From Candidatus Limnocylindrales bacterium (lineage in GTDB: Bacteria > Chloroflexota > Limnocylindria > Limnocylindrales > CSP1-4), in the NCBI GenBank assembly GCA_038253685.1, contig JBBSGX010000001.1, positions 1-43,562 on the forward strand: a stretch of DNA of 43,562 bases, read 5' to 3'. Below the pieces are notes generated by a model. The model ran no database searches. It saw nothing but the letters and a program-made list of their open reading frames with translations, and was not told the origin of the DNA. Below, piece by piece: positions 17,681 through 25,668 of this stretch (its first letter is position 1; every line of letters starts with the position of its first letter). The position numbers and the translations under genes are program-made.

Positions 17681-18171
17681 CCGACGAGATCCTGGGGCTG
17701 ACTGGGACGGTGAACGGCGGCCCGATCCGCGTTCTGTTCGTGTGCACGCACAACTCGGCCCGCAGTCAGATCGCCGAGGTCGTGCTGCGTCGGCGCGGAG
17801 GGGAGGCGTTCGAGGTCCACTCAGCCGGTACGGAGGTGAGCCGCGTCAATCCGCTCACGCTGCACGTCCTCTCGGAGGCGGGCTACGACACGTCCGAACT
17901 TCGCTCGAAGTCCGTGACCGAATTCCTCGGCCAGCGCTTCGACTACGTGATCACCGTCTGCGACCGTGCCCGCGAATCCTGCCCCGTGTTCCCGGGCAGC
18001 GGCGAGTCGCTGCACTGGGGCTACGACGATCCATCAGAGGCGGAAGGAACCGAGGAGGAGCGCGCCGCGGCGTTCCGGCACGTCTTCACCCAGATCTCGG
18101 AACGGATCGGCCTGTTCGTGCCGATCGCGCTCAAAGCCCATGGTCTCTCGCTCGCCGCGGTCGCGGACTGA
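17677..18171 (+). CDS. arsC: Arsenate reductase, thioredoxin-coupled low-molecular-weight phosphatase (LMWP) type
   Basis: The P-loop VLFVCTHNSARSQIAE (CX5R) plus ..VITVCDRARESCPVFPG..LHWGYDDPSEAEGTEEER.. aligns well with my memory of the Staphylococcus aureus ArsC C82/C89 region. The start overlaps the phoU stop (ATGA). Confidence 0.8.
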   Translation: MTDEILGLTGTVNGGPIRVLFVCTHNSARSQIAEVVLRRRGGEAFEVHSAGTEVSRVNPLTLHVLSEAGYDTSELRSKSVTEFLGQRFDYVITVCDRARESCPVFPGSGESLHWGYDDPSEAEGTEEERAAAFRHVFTQISERIGLFVPIALKAHGLSLAAVAD

Positions 18172-18179
18172 AGCGGGCC

Positions 18180-18686
18180 ATGGCGGGAGACACGGGCAGC
18201 GCCACCACGGTGCGGATCCACCTGCTCCGCCACGCGGACGCGGGAGATCGCGAGGACTGGAAGGGGTCGGATGACGAGCGGCCGCTGACCGCGAAGGGTC
18301 GCGCTCAATCGGAGCGCCTGGGGACTTTCCTCGCCTCGGTCTCCTTCAAGGCGGACATCGTCGCCAGCAGCCCCAAGGTGCGCGCGGCGCAGACGGCGGA
18401 GATCGTGGCCGAGCACCTCGGCATGAAGGTCCGCATCGACGATCGCCTCGGCGAAGCGCTCGGGATCGCCCAGCTCGAGGCCCTGGTCGCCGACCTCGGC
18501 ACCTCGCGGCCGCTGCTCGTCGGGCACGACCCGGATTTCACGATGCTGGTCGAGGCACTCTGCGATGCTTCCGGGGTGGAGATGAAGAAGGGTGCCCTCG
18601 CGCGCATCGACTCGGCCCGCCCGCTCGCGGCTGGAGCCGGTCAATTGCGTTGGCTGGTGCCGCCGGATCTCCTCAAGGGAGGCTGA
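18180..18686 (+). CDS. sixA: SixA-type phosphohistidine phosphatase (histidine phosphatase superfamily)
   Basis: ..IHLLRHADAGD.. is the RHG-type motif, and ..LTAKGRAQS.. and ..LLVGHDPDF.. follow, at a length of about 168 aa. The ATG lies 9 nt after the arsC stop. Confidence 0.75.
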   Translation: MAGDTGSATTVRIHLLRHADAGDREDWKGSDDERPLTAKGRAQSERLGTFLASVSFKADIVASSPKVRAAQTAEIVAEHLGMKVRIDDRLGEALGIAQLEALVADLGTSRPLLVGHDPDFTMLVEALCDASGVEMKKGALARIDSARPLAAGAGQLRWLVPPDLLKGG

Positions 18687-18693
18687 GGGCGCC

Positions 18694-19419
18694 GTGGCCG
18701 GGCTCCGGCGACAGTTGGACGAACTGGAACGGGACGCCCTGCCCATCCAGGGTCGCGCAGACGCGCCGCTGGCCGAGGTCTTCGGGCCACCGGGTTGCCC
18801 GCTCTGCCGGCTGCGCGGGGGCACCGCGCGGCGCTACCTCGAATCGATCCTCTGGGAGAGCGTCAACGACCGCGGCTTCCGCGCCCGCCTGAGCCGCTGT
18901 CGCGGCTTCTGCGCGGCACACGTGCGCGAGGCCCTGGAGGTGGATCGCAGCCAGGGCGGCGGGCCGCTGGGTGCCTCGATCCTCTTCGGCTACATGGTCC
19001 GGGATCGCCTCGCGGAGCTCGATGGCGTGGGGACGAAACCAGGCCGCGGCTCAGGGCGCGCCCTCGACGCGATGCGCGCAGGCCCCAGGTGTCCGGTCTG
19101 CGCCGAAGTGGCAAAGACGGAGGCCACCTCGATACCGCGTCTGCTCGATCGGATCGCCGACCCGGCATGGGCCGAAGCCGTCTCCGTCGCTCAGCTCTGC
19201 CTGCGCGACCTGCTGGCGCTGTGGACCACTGCCGACGGGCGGCGCACGGGGGCGTGGCCGCGGGTTGCCGAGGCACAGCTTGCGCGCGTCACCGAGCTCC
19301 TGGCACGCCTTGACGGCTACGCTGCGCACAGCGCCTACAACCGGCTGGCCGAGATGACGGCGTCCGAGCGCGCCGCCGCGGACGAAGCTGCAGCGTTCCT
19401 GTCCGGCATGGACAATTGA
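18694..19419 (+). CDS. Cys-rich protein of unknown function (DUF6062-like)
   Basis: GTG 18694 lies 11 nt after an AAGGGAGG Shine-Dalgarno sequence. Motifs: CPLC, ..ILWESVNDRGFRARLSRCRGFCAAH.., CPVC. The family name is from memory and needs an HMM check. Confidence 0.5.
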   Translation: MAGLRRQLDELERDALPIQGRADAPLAEVFGPPGCPLCRLRGGTARRYLESILWESVNDRGFRARLSRCRGFCAAHVREALEVDRSQGGGPLGASILFGYMVRDRLAELDGVGTKPGRGSGRALDAMRAGPRCPVCAEVAKTEATSIPRLLDRIADPAWAEAVSVAQLCLRDLLALWTTADGRRTGAWPRVAEAQLARVTELLARLDGYAAHSAYNRLAEMTASERAAADEAAAFLSGMDN

Positions 19420-19428
19420 GGGAACCCG

Positions 19429-20334
19429 ATGACCGATATCCGCTTCGGCCTCTTCCTGTGCCAGGTCAACAAGACCTGGGGGCAGGTCCTTGACGAGTTC
19501 CGGATGGCCGAGGAGCTGGGCTTCGATCACGCTTGGCTGTGCGACCACCTGCTCAATACCGAGGGCCCACCGGATGACCCGATCCACGAGGCCTGGACGC
19601 TGCTGGCGGCGCTGGCCGCTACCACGTCGCGCATCCGCCTCGGCGTCCTCGTGAGCAGCAATACGTTCCGCAACCCTGCCGTGCTCCTCAAACAGGCCGT
19701 CACCGTCGATCACGTCAGCAACGGCAGGTTGATACTGGGAATCGGGACGGGCTGGTATGGCGACGAACATCGGCGCTTTGGCATTCCACTGCCGCCGCCG
19801 GCCCAGCGGGTGGACCAGTTCGAGGAGGCAGTCCAGGTGGTGAGCCTGCTCATGGGTCAGGCGCGCACCACCTTCAGCGGCCATTACTACCAACTCGACG
19901 ACGCTCCTCTTGAGCCGCGTCCCGTGCAGAAGCCAGGCATCCCGTTGCTGATTTCGGCGCACCGGCCGCGGATGATGGCTATCGCCGCGCGCTACGCGGA
20001 CCAGTGGGACACGTTTGCGGTGACCCCGGGAACGGCCACCGAGGGCGTCGAGGAAGACATGGGCGCCCGTATCCGCCGCCTGGACGAAGCGTGCGCGAAG
20101 GTAGGGCGGGACCCTGCGACGATCCGTCGTTCCACGTGGGCGACCGCGGATGTTTTGCGTTCCGAAGAGGCGTACCTCGAGTTCCAGCGGCAGCACCGCG
20201 CACTCGGCTTCACCGATTTCATCACCAACCTGCCGGAACCTGAGAACCGGAACGTCCTGGAGTCGGTCGCGCGCACCATCATTCCGAGGCTCCGGGCCGA
20301 AGCTGCCGCGGCCGGCCGCTCATCCCCGTCCTGA
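19429..20334 (+). CDS. Luciferase-like monooxygenase (LLM) family oxidoreductase, probably F420- or flavin-dependent
   Basis: ..GFDHAWLCDHLL..RIRLGVLVSSNTFRNPAVLLKQAVTVDHVSNGRLILGIGTGW.. is the LLM TIM-barrel pattern. Confidence 0.85.
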   Translation: MTDIRFGLFLCQVNKTWGQVLDEFRMAEELGFDHAWLCDHLLNTEGPPDDPIHEAWTLLAALAATTSRIRLGVLVSSNTFRNPAVLLKQAVTVDHVSNGRLILGIGTGWYGDEHRRFGIPLPPPAQRVDQFEEAVQVVSLLMGQARTTFSGHYYQLDDAPLEPRPVQKPGIPLLISAHRPRMMAIAARYADQWDTFAVTPGTATEGVEEDMGARIRRLDEACAKVGRDPATIRRSTWATADVLRSEEAYLEFQRQHRALGFTDFITNLPEPENRNVLESVARTIIPRLRAEAAAAGRSSPS

Positions 20335-20347
20335 CGCGCGACATGAA

Positions 20348-20377
20348 CGAGCCGGGGTCGTAGCCAACCCCGGCTCG
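20348..20377. terminator. Bidirectional stem-loop between convergent LLM and kinase genes
   Basis: CGAGCCGGGG / 10-nt loop / CCCCGGCTCG forms a perfect 10-bp stem. Confidence 0.5.
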
Positions 20378-20465
20378 TCAGGCCCGATGAATGCCCAAGT
20401 CGCTGCCGGCATCCGCCGGTCGTGGTATCGCCGCGCGGAGAGTTGGCACAGGTGGTCGGTGCGAT

Positions 20466-21524
20466 TCAGCCGGTGATGGCCGGGGTGTGGACCGGGATCG
20501 AGAAGCGAAACGTGGCGCCTCGACCCTCTTCGCTTTCCACCCAGATGCGGCCGCCATGCCCCTCCGCGATATGGCGGGCGATCGACAGGCCGAGCCCGGT
20601 GCCGCCCACGCCCCGGACGCGCGCCTTGTCGACCTTGTAGAAGCGCTCGAAGATGCGATCGAGATCGGCACGAGGGATGCCCGAGCCGTGATCCTCCACC
20701 GAGACCACCACGGTCGAGCCCTCCAGCGCCGCGCGGACCACCACCTGCGATCCTTGCGGTGAGAACTTCACGGCGTTGTGCAGCAGGTTGACGAGCAACT
20801 GACCCAGTCGCTCCTCGTCGCCCTGGACAGACGGCAGAGACCCGTCCCCGGGCACGTCTGCGACGAGCACGACGCCCTGGCGCTCCGCAAAGGTCCGGAG
20901 GCGATCCAGCGCGCCACGCACGATCGCCGGCAACGACACCTCCGCGATGTCGAGCTGCCTCACCGCCTGCTCCATGCGCGACAGGTCCAGCAGCTCGTTG
21001 ACCATCTGCACGAGATGGCCCGTCTCGACGTCGATCTTGGCGACGCGCTCCCGCACCCGCGCCGGCACGTCGAGCTCCTCCAGCTCCCCGATGAGCAGCT
21101 CGGTGAGCAGTCGAATGCTGGTCAGCGGCGTCCGCAATTCGTGCGCGAGGTTGTCGATGAACTCGCGGCGGATGCGCTGAAGCTGGCGCAGCTCGGTTGC
21201 GTCCTCGAGAGCGACCCAGGCACCGCCGGACGTCGCGGGGCGAGCACGCACGATGAGCTCGCGGTCCCGCCCGATAGTCAGCTCTCCGCTCGCGGGCGTC
21301 CCAGTCGCCGCGCTCCGCACCTGCTCCTCGATGCGGTGGTCGACGAAGGCCTCGATGGTGGAGTGGCGGAGCAGGCTGCCCGGCCGCCGGTCCAACAGAA
21401 GGTGCGCCGCCTGGTTCGCCGCGATCACCGTGAGCCGGCGATCGACGCGGAGCAGCCCGAGCAGCATGTGGTCCGCGAGGCGCATCAGGTCGGCCAGCTC
21501 GGTCGAACCAGGATCGGAGGTCAC
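20466..21524 (-). CDS. Soluble PAS-HisKA-HATPase sensor histidine kinase (PhoR/SenX3-like), with no adjacent response regulator
   Basis: ..FIDNLAHELRTPLTSIRLLTELL.. is the H-box, ..LLHNAVKFSP.. the N-box, and ..GTGLGLSIARHI.. the G2 box. No transmembrane segment is visible. Confidence 0.9.
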   Translation of the reverse strand: MTSDPGSTELADLMRLADHMLLGLLRVDRRLTVIAANQAAHLLLDRRPGSLLRHSTIEAFVDHRIEEQVRSAATGTPASGELTIGRDRELIVRARPATSGGAWVALEDATELRQLQRIRREFIDNLAHELRTPLTSIRLLTELLIGELEELDVPARVRERVAKIDVETGHLVQMVNELLDLSRMEQAVRQLDIAEVSLPAIVRGALDRLRTFAERQGVVLVADVPGDGSLPSVQGDEERLGQLLVNLLHNAVKFSPQGSQVVVRAALEGSTVVVSVEDHGSGIPRADLDRIFERFYKVDKARVRGVGGTGLGLSIARHIAEGHGGRIWVESEEGRGATFRFSIPVHTPAITG

Positions 21525-21617
21525 CCTGCCAGTCTAGGGTCGGCCCCGACGCGCGCGCCCGCAGCCCACCCGGACTCGCGGCCCTATACGCTTGTGATCC
21601 ATGGAGGAGGTGAGCCG

Positions 21618-22235
21618 ATGGTCCGAAGTCTGATTCCGCGCGAAGAGCGCTTCTACGACATGTTCGTCGACGACGCGAGCAACATGCTCGAGGCCGCGCG
21701 TACGCTCAGCACGCTGATGAGCGACTACGGAAACGTCATCCAGCACGGGCTGCACATCCAGTCGCTCGAGCACAAGGGAGACGAGCTCAGCCACGAGATC
21801 GCCAGCCGGCTCGCCACCACCTTCGTCACACCGTTCGACCGCGAGGACATCCACGGCCTCATGAATGCCCTCGATGATGTCGTGGACATCATCGAGAAAA
21901 CGTCCGATACCTTCGTGCTGTACCACATCAGCGCGCCCTCCGCCCCGGCGGTCCAGCTCTCGTCGATCATCCTTCAGCAGTGCGAGTCGATCCTCGAAGC
22001 GCTCAAGAACCTGCGTGGCTTCAAGGATCTCAAGGGCCACTGGGTGGAGATCCACCGCCTGGAATCGGAGGGCGATCGCGTATCGCGCGAAGCCGTCGCG
22101 AGCCTCTTCGCCGGCTCCATGGACGCGGTCGAGATCATCAAGTGGAAGGACGTCTACGAGCTGCTAGAGGACTGCTGCGACCGCTGCGAGGACGTCGCTG
22201 ACATCATCGAGAAGATCGTCGTCAAGCACGCCTGA
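21618..22235 (+). CDS. DUF47 family protein (PhoU-like Pit accessory protein)
   Basis: MVRSLIPREERFYDMF..LEHKGDELSHEI..FVTPFDREDI..LESEGDRV.. is the DUF47 pattern. It lies directly upstream of pit, 3 nt away. Confidence 0.85.
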   Translation: MVRSLIPREERFYDMFVDDASNMLEAARTLSTLMSDYGNVIQHGLHIQSLEHKGDELSHEIASRLATTFVTPFDREDIHGLMNALDDVVDIIEKTSDTFVLYHISAPSAPAVQLSSIILQQCESILEALKNLRGFKDLKGHWVEIHRLESEGDRVSREAVASLFAGSMDAVEIIKWKDVYELLEDCCDRCEDVADIIEKIVVKHA

Positions 22236-22238
22236 TCT

Positions 22239-23258
22239 GTGCAGGGCTTCACCTTCGGTCTGGTCGCGATCCTCGCGATCTCCGCCCTTTTCGACTACAT
22301 CAACGGCTTCCACGACACGGCGAATGCGATCGCCACCTCGGTCTCCACGCGTGCCCTGCGTCCCGGCGTCGCGATCCTGCTCTCGGCGACGATGAACTTC
22401 GTCGGGGCGTTCGCGGGCACGGCCGTGGCGGCGACCATCGGACAGGGGATCGTGCAGAACCCCGAGGGTGGTGCCGGCCAGGTGGTCATCGCCGCGGCGT
22501 TGCTCGGCGCGATCACGTGGAACCTGATCACCTGGCGACTGGGGATCCCGAGCTCCAGCAGCCATGCCCTCATCGGCGGGTTGATGGGCGCGACGATCGC
22601 GGGAGTCGGGCTGGGTGGACTGATCGTCGCCGGGTTCACCAACAAGGTCCTGTTTCCGCTGGTGAGCTCGCCGATCATCGGCTTCATCGGCGCCTATTTC
22701 TTCATGGTGGTGATCTTCAACGTGTTCCGGCGCGCGGATCCTGCTCGGCTCAACGGCCGGTTCCGGCGGCTCCAGGTCATCTCCGCCGGCTTCATGGCCT
22801 TCAGCCACGGCTCCAACGATGCCCAGAAGACGATGGGAATCATGACCCTCGCGCTGGTCACGGCGGGAGTCATCCCGACGTTCCAGGTGCCGGTCTGGGT
22901 GATCGTCGCGGCCGCCACTGCCATCTCCCTCGGCACGGCCGCCGGCGGGTGGCGGATCATCCGGACCATGGGCCAGAAGGTGGTCAAGCTGGACCCGGTG
23001 CACGGCTTCGCCGCGGAGACGACGGCCGCCAGCATCATCCTCGCAGCGAGCCACTTCGGGATGCCGGTATCCACCACCCATGTCATCTCCAGCACGATCC
23101 TGGGAGCCGGCTCCAGCGAGAGCCTCAAGCGTGTTCGCTGGGGCGTGGCCGGCGACATCCTCGTGGCCTGGGTACTGACGATCCCGGCCAGCGCCCTGGT
23201 GGCCGCAGTGGCGTGGGTCGCGCTCAATACGGCGGTGGGGTCAATCTCGGGCGGCTGA
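22239..23258 (+). CDS. pit: Inorganic phosphate transporter, PiT (PHO4) family
   Basis: ..FDYINGFHDTANAIATSV.. and ..FSHGSNDAQKTMGIM.. are the duplicated PiT signatures. Multi-pass membrane protein with a GTG start. Confidence 0.9.
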   Translation: MQGFTFGLVAILAISALFDYINGFHDTANAIATSVSTRALRPGVAILLSATMNFVGAFAGTAVAATIGQGIVQNPEGGAGQVVIAAALLGAITWNLITWRLGIPSSSSHALIGGLMGATIAGVGLGGLIVAGFTNKVLFPLVSSPIIGFIGAYFFMVVIFNVFRRADPARLNGRFRRLQVISAGFMAFSHGSNDAQKTMGIMTLALVTAGVIPTFQVPVWVIVAAATAISLGTAAGGWRIIRTMGQKVVKLDPVHGFAAETTAASIILAASHFGMPVSTTHVISSTILGAGSSESLKRVRWGVAGDILVAWVLTIPASALVAAVAWVALNTAVGSISGG

Positions 23259-23371
23259 CGCCGAAAATGGTGCCTTCAGCGCGCCGGGCATGGCGTACCG
23301 TTGCGGAACCGCGGAGATATGGCCGACCGGCGCTGCGCGGCGGGGGAAGGAGGGGGGCAAAGGAGGGCGAA

Positions 23372-23938
23372 ATGGTCCAGCCCGTGGACGGCTACCTTCT
23401 GCTGTCCGGCGGTTCCCAGGCGGACATCGACGCGATCGTCCAGGGGGCGCAGGCCCTGGGAGCGCGGAAGCCCTGCCTGGTGCTCAGCGGCTCGAGCTTC
23501 CAGGCACTCATTCCGATCGATGCCGACAGCCGGGCCCAGTTTCGGCAGAAGGTCACGCAGATCGTCGGTGGCCGCTCGGTGAACAAGGTGAAATTCACGG
23601 TTGACTGTCGTCATCTGCCCCCCGGTGTGCACATCTGCCCGATCAAGCGGACGGCGTTCAATCCCGCAGTCCACGTTCTCGAGTTCGCCCTCGTCACCGT
23701 CCCCGCAGCAGCCGGGGCCGTGAACGCGGCGCTGGCCGCGATCCAGGGACGCGGCTTGACCGTTTCCTCGATCGTCGCTGGTTCGGCGATTGCGCAGATC
23801 CTGGTCGAGGTGCAGGAGACGTCCCAGCCCGCCGTGGACCTGAGCTTCGCGAGGCTGGGCCAGGTGAGCGGCATTGGCCACCAGCGGCTGGGCGCCCACC
23901 TGCCCGGTGCCGCCGGACCCGGGATCGACCCCGACTGA
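23372..23938 (+). CDS. Hypothetical protein, paralogue A of a tandem pair (188 aa)
   Basis: The ATG follows an AAGGAGG Shine-Dalgarno sequence and GC3 bias is strong in this frame. It shares the blocks DGYLLL..GS..DIDAIV, FQALI, F..KV..IVGGR.V, CPIKR and QILVEVQ with the next gene. I recognise no named family. Confidence 0.6.
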   Translation: MVQPVDGYLLLSGGSQADIDAIVQGAQALGARKPCLVLSGSSFQALIPIDADSRAQFRQKVTQIVGGRSVNKVKFTVDCRHLPPGVHICPIKRTAFNPAVHVLEFALVTVPAAAGAVNAALAAIQGRGLTVSSIVAGSAIAQILVEVQETSQPAVDLSFARLGQVSGIGHQRLGAHLPGAAGPGIDPD

Positions 23939-24070
23939 CCCTCGCTCCCATGGTGGGACTGGGCGGTCATCGCGGACACCCGCGAAATCGGTGCCAGAAC
24001 GCGTTGCAAACGTCGTACCGTTGCCACCAACGGCGCTGGTACGCCCGAGCACCGCAGGACGGAGGGCGAC

Positions 24071-24613
24071 GTGGACGACGACGAGGAGATCCTGAAGGGC
24101 CCTCCATGGTACGACGGCTACGTGCTGCTTTACGACGGTAGCGAGGAGGACATCGAAGCCATCGTTCGGAGTCGTCCCGAGAAACGGCCGGGCTACCTGC
24201 TCATGGGCTCGAAGTACCAGGCGTTCATTGCCCTGAGTGCCGCGAGCTGGGAAGCCTTCGACGCCAAGGTCGAGCGAGTCATCGGCGGGCGGCCGGTGAA
24301 ACGCGACGTCCTGAAGGTGCCGCTGAATCCGCGCGCGCCCGAGCCATGTCCGATCAAACGGTTCCCTCTCAAAGCGGGCGAGAGCCTGGCTTTCGGCCTC
24401 GCGAATACAGGGAGCCTCGACACTGGGAACATCGACGAGGCAGTGCGTGCGATTGAGGCACTCAACGTCGGCTTGGTGACGCGCGTCGACGGGGTGGTGC
24501 AAATCCTGGTCGAGGTGCAGACCGCGTCCGCGGAGCTGCCGGCGGCGCTCACCAAGCTGACCAATTGCACGAAGATTGCGCCGCCCGCCATCATCCCCGC
24601 ACGCCCCGTGTGA
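24071..24613 (+). CDS. Hypothetical protein, paralogue B of a tandem pair (180 aa)
   Basis: The GTG start follows a GGAGGG Shine-Dalgarno sequence. The blocks DGYVLL..GS..DIEAIV, YQAFI, F..KV..VIGGR.V, CPIKR and QILVEVQ are collinear with paralogue A. Confidence 0.6.
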   Translation: MDDDEEILKGPPWYDGYVLLYDGSEEDIEAIVRSRPEKRPGYLLMGSKYQAFIALSAASWEAFDAKVERVIGGRPVKRDVLKVPLNPRAPEPCPIKRFPLKAGESLAFGLANTGSLDTGNIDEAVRAIEALNVGLVTRVDGVVQILVEVQTASAELPAALTKLTNCTKIAPPAIIPARPV

Positions 24614-24727
24614 CCGATCCCGACCGTCCCCCCTGACTGATCGGCCTCCCGCATGGTGCAGATGGGGTAGTCGCATGGCCCGATCGGGTGCATTGCAGCA
24701 CCCGGCAGACAGGGCCACCCTTGGCCG

Positions 24728-25656
24728 ATGCACCGACGTCGGACGCTGCCGTTTCTTCCGCTCCTCGGAGCGGCCCTCCTGCTCTCGGCGATGGCCAGCC
24801 CGGCGGCCGCGCTCAGCGTTCCCGGGGCACCGGGTTGCGCCGTGTTTCCTGCCAACAACGTCTGGAACAAGCGGGTCGACCAGCTGCCCGTGCGCAGCGA
24901 CTCCCAGACGCTCGTCTGGTCGATCGGACTCGGCTCGCACGTGCATCCCGACTTCAGCGACAGCGACGGGGCGGGATATGGCATCCCCTACAACGTGGTC
25001 GGACGTCTGACGCCCACGCATCACGTCAAGTTCACGTGGCGCGCCGAGTCCGACAAGGGACCCTATCCGATCCGGCGCACGTAAAGATCGAGGGCGGCAG
25101 CGACCGTCACATCCTCCTCGTGGACCGCGATAGCTGCAAGCTCTACGAGCTGTTTGCGGCCGTCAAGAAGTCCGACGGCTGGCACGCCGGCTCCGGCGCG
25201 ATCTGGAACCTTTCTTCGAACGCGCTCCGGCCGAAGGGCTGGACCAGCGCTGACGCGGCGGGACTGCCGATTCTCCCCGGACTTGTGCGCTACAACGAGG
25301 TGGCAGCGGGAGCGATCACCCACGCGCTCCGCTTCACCGCGGATACCACGCGAGCGTCCTACATCTATCCGGCGCGCCACCAGGCCGGTGATTCGAGCGC
25401 CACCGAGCTGCCCCCGATGGGCCTGCGGGTGCGCCTCAAGGCGGATTTCAACATCACCTCGTTCGGGCCCCAATCGCGCGTCCTCCTCACTGCCCTCAAG
25501 ACCTACGGCATGATCCTGGCCGACAACGGCAGCCCCTGGTATGTGAGTGGCGCCCCGAACGCCGGCTGGAACGACGACGAGCTTCACGCGCTCAACAGCA
25601 TCTCGGGGAACAGTTTCGAGGCCGTCGACACGAGCTTCCTGCGCAACGGGCCCTGA
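24728..25656 (+). pseudogene. Secreted conserved hypothetical protein, frame broken near 25069-25076
   Basis: The signal peptide is MHRRRTLPFLPLLGAALLLSAMASPAAALS, followed by ..FPANNVWNKRVDQLPV..GIPYNVV..ESDKGPYPI, after which a stop appears. The continuation ..AHVKIEGGSDRHILLVDRDSCKLYEL..YGMILADNGSPWYVSG.. lies in the neighbouring frame. One extra C in the ATCCGG run would restore a single ORF. Confidence 0.65.
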
Positions 25657-25668
25657 CCGACACCCGCG

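Noticed and set aside
23290-23304. A possible sigma-54 (-24/-12) promoter in TGGCGTACCGTTGC, upstream of paralogue A.
   Set aside because: The GG-to-GC spacing is one nucleotide short of the TGGCAC-N5-TTGC consensus. The equivalent site upstream of paralogue B lacks the TGG element.
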